Origin: a virus
Taxonomy: Duplodnaviria; Caudoviricetes
Virus record (IMG/VR): IMGVR_UViG_3300020401_000071
Location: 1-27,904 of that record
Reading direction: 5' to 3' (one strand)
DNA length: 27,904 bases
The translations under genes and the position numbers were made by a program. The notes beneath the pieces were generated by a model that had not been told where the DNA came from, searched no databases, and saw only the letters and a program-made list of their open reading frames with translations. Below are positions 7,203 through 17,218 of this stretch, in pieces (position 1 is the first letter of the stretch; each line of letters opens with the position of its first letter).

Positions 7203-7718
7203 CTATACAGTTGTTATTCTAAATCCATTAAACCAAGTCGCATTACTACCAGTAGCAATATTTAAATTACTTCCATAATTGTGATATGTAGCAACACTTA
7301 TGTTATCTCCATCTGCTACAGTTATTATTGCAGACGAACCAAAAACTGTTGGATAAGTTCCTGAATTACCTGAACCTACAGCATCTTCATAACCTGCAAC
7401 ATTACTACCATTTTTGTAAATCCATAAAAGATTTCTTTGAGCTCTACCAGAGTAGTATAATCCAACACCAATAAACCATCTTCCTGCAGTTGCTGCAGTA
7501 ATATTAACTCTATTATTAGATAAATCAGCTATAGAATTTGTATCAATAACTGTAGTTTGCCATGTTACATTAGTTGAAGTAGCAGTAGATATAGTTTGTT
7601 GAGCATTTTTTTCTAATCTAAAAACTGGAGTTGATGTTTCTGCACCAGTAACAGTACCAGTAAAGGCAAAGGTATCTGCTAAGTTTATTGATTCTGCTTG
7701 TATCTTACTTAATGCCAT
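7203..7718 (-). CDS. Tail-associated protein with C1q/TNF-like head domain
   Basis: VTWQTTVIDT...AGRWFIGVGL...IYKNG...VADGDNISV...TWFNGFRI follows the C1q-like strand pattern. Confidence 0.65.
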   Translation of the reverse strand: MALSKIQAESINLADTFAFTGTVTGAETSTPVFRLEKNAQQTISTATSTNVTWQTTVIDTNSIADLSNNRVNITAATAGRWFIGVGLYYSGRAQRNLLWIYKNGSNVAGYEDAVGSGNSGTYPTVFGSSAIITVADGDNISVATYHNYGSNLNIATGSNATWFNGFRITTV

Positions 7719-7726
7719 ATGTTATC

Positions 7727-8512
7727 CTATGCTACTACTTCCATTGCAGTTAAATATGTTGGAGTTAATAAACCAGTATCATTACTTCTTCTACCAATAG
7801 ACAATGTGCCACCAGTTGTTACAGCAAATTGTAGCTTATAAGTCAATGCACTTGTTGAACTTGGAGAATCCATATATTGAAATGCAAAGTTTTCTGTACC
7901 ATTAGCTACAGCATGATCTCTCTGCATGAATAATAAATTTTGAGAAAACCCACCACTATGCGAACCAACATCTAAACCTATATTTGTACCATTTCTATCT
8001 ATTGTTAATGCAGCAAACCACCCTGCTCCACTTTGCATAATACCTTGTGCAGACAATAAAATTTTACTTGTTGTAGCAGTTGGTGTAATGCTTACAGATA
8101 AACCAGTAATATCAGTAAAAGTTTGAGATGTTGTTTGTTGATTAGTAACAATTGTATCTTGAACTGCTTGTATTATAGAGCCAGTTGGTAACTTTGCACC
8201 AGTAATTGCATCATCTGCTAAACTATTAGTAGAAACACTACCATCAATAGGATTTACACTTTGTAATGCTCTTGCTAAAAAAATAACATATATATCATCT
8301 GAAGAAACTACAGAACCAGTAAGTGAAACTGATTGTCCATTAACTGAATATGCTTCTGTTGGCTCTTGTCTAACATTATTAATATATAATGCAATATCAT
8401 TTGCACTTGTAACAGCATGATTAAGAGTTAAACTTGTACCACTAGATCCAGTTAAATCTTGTTTTTCAAGACTTGTAAAAGAAGCTGCAGGTTCTTTTCC
8501 AATATATCCCAT
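7727..8512 (-). CDS. Tail-fibre/appendage protein
   Basis: MGYIGKEP start; LYINNVRQEP..AYSVNGQSVSL adaptor domain; GLSVSITP...DSPSSTSALTYKLQ C-terminal domain. Confidence 0.75.
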   Translation of the reverse strand: MGYIGKEPAASFTSLEKQDLTGSSGTSLTLNHAVTSANDIALYINNVRQEPTEAYSVNGQSVSLTGSVVSSDDIYVIFLARALQSVNPIDGSVSTNSLADDAITGAKLPTGSIIQAVQDTIVTNQQTTSQTFTDITGLSVSITPTATTSKILLSAQGIMQSGAGWFAALTIDRNGTNIGLDVGSHSGGFSQNLLFMQRDHAVANGTENFAFQYMDSPSSTSALTYKLQFAVTTGGTLSIGRRSNDTGLLTPTYLTAMEVVA

Positions 8513-8519
8513 TTTAAAC

Positions 8520-8885
8520 CTAATCTATCTCTAATATTGATAAAGAGCCTGAAAGTTTATCTGCTATTGAACAATCTATTCTTAAAGCATCTCCAGTTTC
8601 TAAGACCACTTTACCACCAGTTAATAATTCTAAAGTTGAACCAGTTGGAATTGTTACATCTTTAACTAAAAAAGATGTGCCATTCGCTACATTATTAGCA
8701 CCACCTCTATTTGCTGTAGTAGATACAAGTTCTACCTCAGTTGTTACAGCAGTTGTATGAATGTTAGTAAGTAGTAAACCTATTATTATTGTTGTCTTAC
8801 CAGTACCTGCTGTATACATAACATAGGGTGTACCTGCCGAAGCAGGTTCTGCTGCAAAATTTATTTGTTTAAAGGTATTTGCCAT
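8520..8885 (-). CDS. Small virion/tail-fibre connector protein
   Basis: MANTFK...KVVLETGDAL...LSILEI beta-sandwich pattern common in marine phage tail modules; AAGGAG RBS. Confidence 0.6.
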   Translation of the reverse strand: MANTFKQINFAAEPASAGTPYVMYTAGTGKTTIIIGLLLTNIHTTAVTTEVELVSTTANRGGANNVANGTSFLVKDVTIPTGSTLELLTGGKVVLETGDALRIDCSIADKLSGSLSILEID

Positions 8886-8895
8886 TTATATCTCC

Positions 8896-9750
8896 TTATC
8901 CAAGTCCAATCGCAAAAGCTATTGGGTCAGCAGTCACAGCAACAGTTACAGTATCAGTTGAACTAGCAGTTGTTGTTATCCCTGAACCTGCAGCAATAGT
9001 AAGTGTATTACCATTTGTTATAGTTTGAGGTGAACCTGATGTACCTGCCACATTAAAACTTGTCATATCTCCATCAGCACCATCAGCGCCATCTGCACCA
9101 TTTGCACCTGCAGCACCAGTTGCTCCAGTAGCACCAGTAGGAATACCAAAAGCAAAGGTTGCTGTATTGCCTGATTGTGACACAGAAACAGTAGCACTAG
9201 AACCTGCACTCAATGTAGAAACTGTTACAGCAGCAGTAGTAATATGATTGACTGCTTCAGCATTACCACTAGATGAATTAAATCCTAATATTTTACCTGC
9301 TCTATCTGCCTTCAAAGGCAATGTAAGAGTAGCTGTTACATCATTATCAAGTAATCTTATTGCTCTTGAGTTTTCATCTTGTGAATCAGATATCATAGTA
9401 AGCAATGTATCTAGTTCTGTGTTAAGTTTTGCCACTTCAAAAGCACCACCACTAGGAAAATCTGTTACTCTTGCTAATGGAATTGATCTCGTAATAATAA
9501 CTGTACTACCACCAGTAATACCAGTTACAGATGTTGTAACCGTTCCAGTAGAGCCATCACCACCAGACACAGTATACAAAGATGTACTAGAAGTTGAAGC
9601 ATCAAAAGTCCTTTCAACATTATCAACAAAAACATTTAAATCTGTACTTGCTGTAAAAAATACAAAAGGCACTGGAAATGATGTTTGTGTTACACCTTGA
9701 TTGACTGTGTAACTTATTCTTGGTGTATTTGCACTTAATGCTATTGTCAT
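8896..9750 (-). CDS. Proximal tail fibre with T7 gp17-like N-terminal anchor and short collagen-like segment
   Basis: FPVPFVFF...DLNVFVD...IITRSIP...DF...LNTELD anchor pattern; Gly-X-Y run near the C-terminus. Confidence 0.8.
   Translation of the reverse strand: MTIALSANTPRISYTVNQGVTQTSFPVPFVFFTASTDLNVFVDNVERTFDASTSSTSLYTVSGGDGSTGTVTTSVTGITGGSTVIITRSIPLARVTDFPSGGAFEVAKLNTELDTLLTMISDSQDENSRAIRLLDNDVTATLTLPLKADRAGKILGFNSSSGNAEAVNHITTAAVTVSTLSAGSSATVSVSQSGNTATFAFGIPTGATGATGAAGANGADGADGADGDMTSFNVAGTSGSPQTITNGNTLTIAAGSGITTTASSTDTVTVAVTADPIAFAIGLG
9064..9135 (-). repeat. Collagen-like (Gly-X-Y)8 repeat
   Basis: GAT GAT GAA GAN GAD GAD GAD GDM, a 9-bp degenerate tandem repeat. Confidence 0.85.
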
Positions 9751-12700
9751 TAAAACCTGCTTCTCATTGTTCTATCAAAGCCATCATCTTCCAAATCCAC
9801 CAAAACTGAAGATAATTCACTTACACTTCCTTTAATAAACCATAATCGCATAAATGGCAAATTTTTTATTACTTGTGCAGAGCCACGACCATATTTACCT
9901 TCAATAGCAAAATCATGTAAACCCCTTACAATATCAACAGTAATAGCAGGACCTGCACCACCTACAGATGTTATTGCATCAGCAACACTTTGATCTTGTG
10001 GAAACTTAGGCTCTAATAATCCCATTGAAATATCAGGTCCACCAAGAGCCAAACTTGTGTGCATTGATGTATAAAATAAATCACTATACATTGCCAATAA
10101 ACCTGAAGCATCTATTGATCTTGCAAGTTTATCCTCAAAAGATAATCTATCCCAATTATATTCAGCAAATGGAGAACCAAATTGACTTTTTACTTCAAGA
10201 GATAAATAACCTAATCCAACAGCAGTTGTAAAAGCTGCTGCTCTATTCTTAGCTTGTCCAGTTGCCATTGCAGCAGTAATCTTATTTGCAGCAGCAAAAC
10301 TATAAGACCAAAACTGAAATGGTAATCCTGCTAAACCAGTTTCAATTCTTGAATATCCTCTATATCTTTTATCAGCTTTTAATCCAAACTTACTGCCAAT
10401 CCACTCAGGTATATAAACAACACCATCAGCTATAATAGGTTTATCAGCAGGTGTACCCATTAAGATTGTGTTCATAATACCATTATTTAAACCACCTCTA
10501 AATGTATCAAGTGTTTCTTCTGCTACACCATTTTCTAACCATTTTTCTGTATTGCCTAAGTAAACACCACTACCATTCTCTTTGGTATTTTGTATAACAC
10601 CATCATCAACTAACTTAGATATTTCTTTAGCCATTTTTTTGTCAATATTATATCTGCGTAAATATTCGATATCAGCTTGTTTTGCCACACCTTTAGCATC
10701 AGCTACAGAAAACTGTATTAGTTCATGTGTTCTTATAACTGAATCTAATCTCTTCATTAGATTAGTCATAGGCGCTAAACCATTAAGAATATAAAAAGCA
10801 TTTCTTGTTTTTGATAAAGCAAGTTCATAACCAGTAGCTAAAGGATTATTTGTTAAGTCTTCTACAAATCTTAAATGTGTATCACCTTGTAATATCTCTA
10901 ATATTTCACCTGCAAGTCTACCTTCTTTTGCATTTAGTTTCACTCTTGAATCTGAAATTAGTCCAGTCAATCCTTTCATTACATTACTAAGATCATGTTC
11001 CATTAATACTTTTGCTAAATCAGGTAACGTACTAAATCCTGCACTACCAAGATAATTCAACTGTGCTAAATCTCTCATTATAGTAATTATTTTTTGATCA
11101 AATCTATCAGGATTAGTAATAACTCTACCAACAACTCTATCATACATATGTAAAAAGTCTTTTCTAACTTCATTCATTTGTTTAAATGAAGCACCTGCTT
11201 TATACATATCAGTATCCATATCTGCTAAAACTTGATCAACTGTTCTGCCATTAAATTGTTTAGCAAACTCATAACGACCTGCAACTCTTTGTGTATAAAC
11301 TCTCATTACTTGAACTGGATTTTTGATTATATAACTGGTTACTAATTTATTAGGTATATCAAGAGTTCTATGTCGAAAATGTTTTGATTTACCATGTCCA
11401 TAAAATGCCATAGCATCATCTGTAACATCTTGTCTTTCTTTAATTATTGTATCAACTGTTTCTTTGACTCTTTTGGCAACACGAGTAGGGTCTGTGGCTT
11501 TTATTATTTCGTCAGGTGTAAGTGCCTCAGTTCTTTCCATGTAACCTTGTTTATTTTTGGTTAAGATAGTTGGGTTATTAATATACCACTCAGTTAATAT
11601 TCTTTCAAAGTCTGCACGATTAGCTTTGATTGCAGTTATATCCCAATATCTTGGAAAGAAAAATTCTTCATTATTTGGTTTTACTTTTGTAGTTTTTGCT
11701 ACTTCAAGATTTTCTTTCAACATTTTAAGATCATCTTGTATTCTACGAATTTCAGCAATTACAGTTTCATTTTTATAATTATTAGTTCTTTGTTTATAAA
11801 AACCACCTATTCTATATTTTTCTAATTCATCTAATCTTTTGCCAATATTTAATTCTTTTATTTCTCCTCTAGTAAAAGCAATAATTTCTTTTTCTAATTC
11901 TTCAGCAACATCATTAATTTTTAATCTTTTACCTTTTGGGTCTTCTAGTACTTCTCTTAGCTTTGTTGCATAATTTTGTAATCTTATATTTTCTTGTGTA
12001 ATTCTAGTTCTTATATTTTCTGTAGTGCCAATGACACCTTGTTCTCTTAATCTTTTTTCCCAAGTTGTCATAAATCCATCAACAATAGATTTAACTTTTT
12101 TATCTAAATCTGATAGAGGTTCTTGTTTTAATATTCGTGTGTAGGTATCTTCAAGCCATTGATGATACCCTTTTTTTTGAAAATCAATATCAATAATATT
12201 TCTATTCTTACCAGTATGTTCAGAGTATAATTGTCTTAGAGCATCATGTGCTTTTACATATTCTCCATTACGAACTGCTGCTCTTGTATATACAGACATT
12301 CCTAATGTATCGCCAAGTTTTGCAGCAACTTGTGTAAGACCTGCATCATTTGCTAATTTACTAAAGTTTCTTTTTATTGCTAAAGGCAATTCACTTTGGA
12401 ACACTTTTTTCATTGGAGTTACTAAAGCCTTATAAACAAAATTATTTGTATACCAATTTGGCTCAAGTTTATATTTATCTACTGGCACACCATCTGCATC
12501 TAGCAATGCTTCATCTTCAGTTCTTCTAATAGATAGTTCTGTATCAATTTCTTTTATTTCTTTTAATAGTCGACCTTCTTGTTTTCTCATAGTACTTACA
12601 GCAGAAACTTTGCCTAAATCTTTTTCTAGTTTAGCATTTTCATTTCTTATTTCATTAACTCGTTCTTGACTAATTAAGTTATCAGTACCTTCATATTTTT

Positions 12701-13958
12701 TTCTAAGTTTTGCAGTATTCTGATCTATTATTTTTTGTGCTTTTTCTACGTCTTGTATTCTTTTCTTTATTAAAGCAGTTTGTTTTTTGCTAAGAAAGTA
12801 TGCTTTTTCTTGCTGTTCAATTCTTTTTAAAAAAGCTATTTGTTTTTTTGACAAGCCTATATTAAAACCTCTTTGACCTTTGAACTGCGCTAATAATTCT
12901 TCTTTTATTTTTAATAAACCTTCAGCATATTTATCACGAGTTAATTTAATATCTTCTAAAAATTTAACTATGTTTTGTGCTTTTTTTGTATGTCTTTTAT
13001 TTTGAAAAACTAAATTTTGTATTATTCTTTTTCTTCTTGCTAATGTTTTTCTATTTTCAAATAAAGTTTGTCTAGCAGTCATTGCCTCATCTTCAGTCAA
13101 TAATGTTTTATCCTGTTCTAAAGATTCTTTTTTAGCTCTTAATTCATCTAAGGTATTTGGTAATTGTTTTTGTTCTGCAATTAATTCTTCTTGTCCTGCT
13201 TTACCTTTTGGTCTTATTTTTAAGTCAACATTATCTCTTGCTTTATTTACAGACTGGATAGTATCAGCTAAATTATTAAAATCTTTTATTTCTTTTTCTA
13301 TTTGTTTTTGTGCAGCCTTAACACGAAGTTTATTAGCACCTGCTATAGCACCACCTAATATTGCACCTCCTACAGTTGCTATTGCAATATTACCTATAAC
13401 TTCTTCTTTAGTTGCCAATGGATCAAATGGAAACCTTGCTCCTTCAGCTAATGTTGAAATAACACCTACACCTGCACCAGTACGAAAACTTGCAGACAAT
13501 ACACCTCGACCTAATCCACCAAAAGGCAAAGCTATTAAATTAATAGGATCAAATATACCTGCCACAATCTGAGAGCCAATACTACTATTCTGTAAAATCT
13601 TTCTTCTTTTCATGTTTTCTCGAAGTTGGTCTTTTAAAACATTCATATGCTCTTCATTTACAGCATCTTTTAAATAATCTTCATGTCCTGCAAAACCTTC
13701 CATATCATCAAAAGGATTATAGTTTTGATCTCTATCTTCTTCTGTATATGTTAAGTTTGATAAATAATCTATTATTGGAGAATAAGAATACCCTAAAGAA
13801 GCACCAAGCGTTTGTGAAAAAGATACATCTACTGGTGCATCAGCTTCAGGCAAACCTGAAGGAATTTGTAATCCTGAAGCTATTTCGCTTGGTGTAACAA
13901 GACCTCTGCCTGAGTTATAATTATAAACAGTTGTATCAAATAAATTATAGTTACCCAT
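9750..13958 (-). CDS. Large internal virion (ejection) protein, positional analogue of T7 gp16
   Basis: 1402 aa, helical, Gly/Ala-rich hydrophobic stretch near the N-terminus; lies just before the tail fibre; TAATG coupling. Confidence 0.7.
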   Translation of the reverse strand: MGNYNLFDTTVYNYNSGRGLVTPSEIASGLQIPSGLPEADAPVDVSFSQTLGASLGYSYSPIIDYLSNLTYTEEDRDQNYNPFDDMEGFAGHEDYLKDAVNEEHMNVLKDQLRENMKRRKILQNSSIGSQIVAGIFDPINLIALPFGGLGRGVLSASFRTGAGVGVISTLAEGARFPFDPLATKEEVIGNIAIATVGGAILGGAIAGANKLRVKAAQKQIEKEIKDFNNLADTIQSVNKARDNVDLKIRPKGKAGQEELIAEQKQLPNTLDELRAKKESLEQDKTLLTEDEAMTARQTLFENRKTLARRKRIIQNLVFQNKRHTKKAQNIVKFLEDIKLTRDKYAEGLLKIKEELLAQFKGQRGFNIGLSKKQIAFLKRIEQQEKAYFLSKKQTALIKKRIQDVEKAQKIIDQNTAKLRKKYEGTDNLISQERVNEIRNENAKLEKDLGKVSAVSTMRKQEGRLLKEIKEIDTELSIRRTEDEALLDADGVPVDKYKLEPNWYTNNFVYKALVTPMKKVFQSELPLAIKRNFSKLANDAGLTQVAAKLGDTLGMSVYTRAAVRNGEYVKAHDALRQLYSEHTGKNRNIIDIDFQKKGYHQWLEDTYTRILKQEPLSDLDKKVKSIVDGFMTTWEKRLREQGVIGTTENIRTRITQENIRLQNYATKLREVLEDPKGKRLKINDVAEELEKEIIAFTRGEIKELNIGKRLDELEKYRIGGFYKQRTNNYKNETVIAEIRRIQDDLKMLKENLEVAKTTKVKPNNEEFFFPRYWDITAIKANRADFERILTEWYINNPTILTKNKQGYMERTEALTPDEIIKATDPTRVAKRVKETVDTIIKERQDVTDDAMAFYGHGKSKHFRHRTLDIPNKLVTSYIIKNPVQVMRVYTQRVAGRYEFAKQFNGRTVDQVLADMDTDMYKAGASFKQMNEVRKDFLHMYDRVVGRVITNPDRFDQKIITIMRDLAQLNYLGSAGFSTLPDLAKVLMEHDLSNVMKGLTGLISDSRVKLNAKEGRLAGEILEILQGDTHLRFVEDLTNNPLATGYELALSKTRNAFYILNGLAPMTNLMKRLDSVIRTHELIQFSVADAKGVAKQADIEYLRRYNIDKKMAKEISKLVDDGVIQNTKENGSGVYLGNTEKWLENGVAEETLDTFRGGLNNGIMNTILMGTPADKPIIADGVVYIPEWIGSKFGLKADKRYRGYSRIETGLAGLPFQFWSYSFAAANKITAAMATGQAKNRAAAFTTAVGLGYLSLEVKSQFGSPFAEYNWDRLSFEDKLARSIDASGLLAMYSDLFYTSMHTSLALGGPDISMGLLEPKFPQDQSVADAITSVGGAGPAITVDIVRGLHDFAIEGKYGRGSAQVIKNLPFMRLWFIKGSVSELSSVLVDLEDDGFDRTMRSRF

Positions 13959-16705
13959 TAATCACCATCACCGAAGTCAGGATTAATTCTTCTCATAACT
14001 TCATTTAAGTCATAAACAACATTAACACCATCAACTTGTACTGGTTGAAAAAAACCATTTTTGTCTTTAAAAAATGCCATATATCTAACTCTACTATTAT
14101 CAGGTCCGTAGACATCAGGTTGCAAATAAACTGCTGTGCCAGTTTCTTTTAAATCTCTTCTTTCTTTTAATATTCTTTCACCAACAGTTGTTCTTAACAT
14201 TAACTGTTTTTCTTCAAAATTAGGTCTCCAGTTTAAATAAAATTTAGATTCTTCGCCAGTAGCATCTACTGGACCAGTTATAGCACTTAATTCATTATGT
14301 ATTAATATTCTAAATTGACTTCTAAAATTATCATCAGGTATCATTCTAAGTAAACTATAAGGACTTCGAGTTAAAATATTACCACCTGAAGTTGTGTCAA
14401 CAATAGTGCCTTCACCATCAGGATACATGGAATCTTTTATTAAATCAAAATGTGCATCAATAGTAGTTTTAGGAACACCTAATTGAACCATAATATCCAT
14501 AACTGGCTTTAAGTCTTGTGCTTCTTTTGCATCAAAACCATAGTCTTCTGACATTAGTAATTGAAAAGAATTAGTAATTGAATTATCACCAGACACATTA
14601 TTTAAATTAGATTTAAATATATTTGTATTTAAATCCATTTGTTGTTCTGTTTCAATTAACTTTTGCATAATTTGTCCACTATCAAGACCTTGTTGATTAT
14701 TTCTTAATGGTATACCAAAGCCAGTTCTGCCTTTATATAATGGTACAATTGAAGAGGCAGCAGATAATATATTATATGTTTTTTTATCTAAAACACCTGC
14801 AAGTTTATCTATAGTACCACCTGATTTTTCTACCTTAGTATATTTATTAAAAAAATTTAATGCAGTATCTACTGAAAAAGCATTAGCAGTATCTCTTGCA
14901 CCAAAAGCCATAAAATCTAAAAACGATTTTGGGAATGCACCATTTGATAAATATAATGCAACCTTTTCAGCTTTTTCTCTTTCAGGTGATTCTTCTTCTG
15001 CTCTTAAATCTTCTGCAAATTTTGTGGTAAAATAATTTATATTTGTTCCTAATATTCTATCTAAATAAGAACTATTTTTAGGAGAATGTTTATATAAGCC
15101 ATTAGCACCGTTGAATGCAAGAACTTCTAATTTTTTATCTTCTGCTTCATTCTGATCTTGTTTTAATTGTTTAATACCAAAATCATTGAGAGCAGCAATA
15201 AAATTTTTTTTATATATTGTTGTTGGTCCTTCAGGTGTTTCTAAAATTTTTTTAATTTTATTCATTACCTTTTTTTGTTCTTCATCTAAGGCTGACTCAT
15301 TGCCAGTTGTCAAAGCATTAGCTAAATTTTCATAGTCACTAGCAGTTTGAAATACATTATTATTTCTTAATACCTTGACACCTACATTTCTTAGATAAGC
15401 ACTAGCTTGTGCAGTTACTTCATCTGAAGTTAATTTATACCCAACTGTTTGACCATCAACGATAGTAGTCGTAAAATTCCTACGACTAATAATTGTATTA
15501 ACATCTTTTTTTATTGTTTCAATAATACTAGAAGTTATCTCGCCATCATTTTGATTAATTTGATTGCCAACATTATTACCTTGCTCTAAACTTTTTTCTT
15601 GATCATTCATTTCAAAAGTATAAGAACCTGACTTTTTTTGAATTTCTTTTTCAAGTTTATTTTTTACTTTATCGTTATAACCTTCAACTGCTCTTTTATT
15701 TGCCTCATCATTTGAAACAACTTTTAAATCTTCAGTTAAAGTATCAACAGCAGCATCATCTTGATTTTCTTTTCTAATAAGTTCTAAAACTTGTTTTTCA
15801 TAATCATTTAATGTTTCACCAGTATCTTCACCAAATAAAATATTACGTCTTACTTTTCTAATAAACTCGCCACCCTTACCTTGTATTAGACCTTTCATTA
15901 AACCAACAACTTTAGCTTGTTTAATGCTTCTAAAACTTGCACCATGTATACTTGGATTTTGATTATTAGTTGTTAAATTATCATCATTTTCTTGTATTAA
16001 TTTATTGATAATAAATTGAGAGGCATTTATTTCTCCTGATAATGATTTTATACCTCCAACAGTTTCACCTGACGCAGTTTTGCCAACTTGATTATTAGAT
16101 ACAACACTATCAGATATAGCTGTAATGTAATCATTTTTACTAGACTCAATAATATATTGTTTGTTTTTTGCTGCTATAATTAATGATTCTTTAAATTCTT
16201 CGGAAGACATATCATTATAATGTTGTGATGATATTCTTGCTATATCTTGTGTTATTATGCCTTCATAATCTTTGCCACCAAAGTTGTTAACTTGCTTAAC
16301 ATATTCACTCATAGTAGCTTCTATATTAGTTTTAAACTCTTGAGAATTTCTTGATCTTTGTCTTACTTTTTGAATTTCATTACCAATATCAACACGCAAT
16401 GCTTCTGCATATCTTTGTCTTACTATTGGCTCAGCACTTGCTCGAGCAACAGCACTTAATGTGCCATCTAATTCTTTAAATTGTAATTTATTGTTTTCAT
16501 CACGAATATCAATTTTCATTGATCTAGCAACAGATTCACCTAAAAGTTTTTCTTCTGATGCTGCTCTAGCAAAAGCCTCTGATCCTATTTTATTAAATGT
16601 AGAAGCAATAGTTTGCCCTAATTGTTTTGCACCAGTATCTACACCAACTACTCCTACTGGCTTATTTAGAAAAGAAGTTTGTTTTGCTTTTAAAAATTGT
16701 ACCAT
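13958..16705 (-). CDS. Internal virion (ejection) protein, positional analogue of T7 gp15
   Basis: 915 aa, helical; between the small and large ejection proteins. Confidence 0.6.
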   Translation of the reverse strand: MVQFLKAKQTSFLNKPVGVVGVDTGAKQLGQTIASTFNKIGSEAFARAASEEKLLGESVARSMKIDIRDENNKLQFKELDGTLSAVARASAEPIVRQRYAEALRVDIGNEIQKVRQRSRNSQEFKTNIEATMSEYVKQVNNFGGKDYEGIITQDIARISSQHYNDMSSEEFKESLIIAAKNKQYIIESSKNDYITAISDSVVSNNQVGKTASGETVGGIKSLSGEINASQFIINKLIQENDDNLTTNNQNPSIHGASFRSIKQAKVVGLMKGLIQGKGGEFIRKVRRNILFGEDTGETLNDYEKQVLELIRKENQDDAAVDTLTEDLKVVSNDEANKRAVEGYNDKVKNKLEKEIQKKSGSYTFEMNDQEKSLEQGNNVGNQINQNDGEITSSIIETIKKDVNTIISRRNFTTTIVDGQTVGYKLTSDEVTAQASAYLRNVGVKVLRNNNVFQTASDYENLANALTTGNESALDEEQKKVMNKIKKILETPEGPTTIYKKNFIAALNDFGIKQLKQDQNEAEDKKLEVLAFNGANGLYKHSPKNSSYLDRILGTNINYFTTKFAEDLRAEEESPEREKAEKVALYLSNGAFPKSFLDFMAFGARDTANAFSVDTALNFFNKYTKVEKSGGTIDKLAGVLDKKTYNILSAASSIVPLYKGRTGFGIPLRNNQQGLDSGQIMQKLIETEQQMDLNTNIFKSNLNNVSGDNSITNSFQLLMSEDYGFDAKEAQDLKPVMDIMVQLGVPKTTIDAHFDLIKDSMYPDGEGTIVDTTSGGNILTRSPYSLLRMIPDDNFRSQFRILIHNELSAITGPVDATGEESKFYLNWRPNFEEKQLMLRTTVGERILKERRDLKETGTAVYLQPDVYGPDNSRVRYMAFFKDKNGFFQPVQVDGVNVVYDLNEVMRRINPDFGDGD

Positions 16706-17217
16706 TAAAATGCTCTGTCAAATGTATTGCCATAAAAAGTTGGAGTTGTAGTAGTTGCAGGAGTGCTAGGCATTAAAGGCTGTGCTTTCATTGCACCTGA
16801 AAACAAAGTTCCAAATGCTTGATACTTATAAGCACGAGATAAATTACGACCTTTTTCTGTAGCTATAGATTGTGACAAAGATAACTGACCTACTTGTTCT
16901 AAAGTTTGTAAAAATTTTCGATCTGTTTCTGTTCTAGTTTCTCTTTTTGCTTTTTCTTGTATAGCTTTAAAACTTCTATCAGAACCCATATCTCTTCCTG
17001 ACACACCTACTAAAGATTCATTTGTAGCTTGAAATATTTGTAAATTTCTCATACGAGCATTATGATCTTGTATTGCAGCAAGTTGAGCGCCTTCTATTTG
17101 ATTCTGTAATTGTCTTCTTTGTAGTGCTGCTTCTCTTTTTGCTGCTCTTGCAGCATTCATAGAACCCATAAAAGATACTGCAGTTGACCCTATCGCTAAT
17201 GCTAATGGCAATCCCAT
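16705..17217 (-). CDS. Small internal virion protein, positional analogue of T7 gp14
   Basis: Hydrophobic N-terminus followed by an Ala/Gln/Arg-rich helix; directly after tail tubular B. Confidence 0.65.
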   Translation of the reverse strand: MGLPLALAIGSTAVSFMGSMNAARAAKREAALQRRQLQNQIEGAQLAAIQDHNARMRNLQIFQATNESLVGVSGRDMGSDRSFKAIQEKAKRETRTETDRKFLQTLEQVGQLSLSQSIATEKGRNLSRAYKYQAFGTLFSGAMKAQPLMPSTPATTTTPTFYGNTFDRAF

Positions 17218-17218
17218 A

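Noticed and set aside
9248-9700. 150-aa plus-strand ORF and similar antisense ORFs (6837-7265, 18564-18848, 21869-22231, 23035-23370)
   Set aside because: Antisense shadows of well-supported structural genes.
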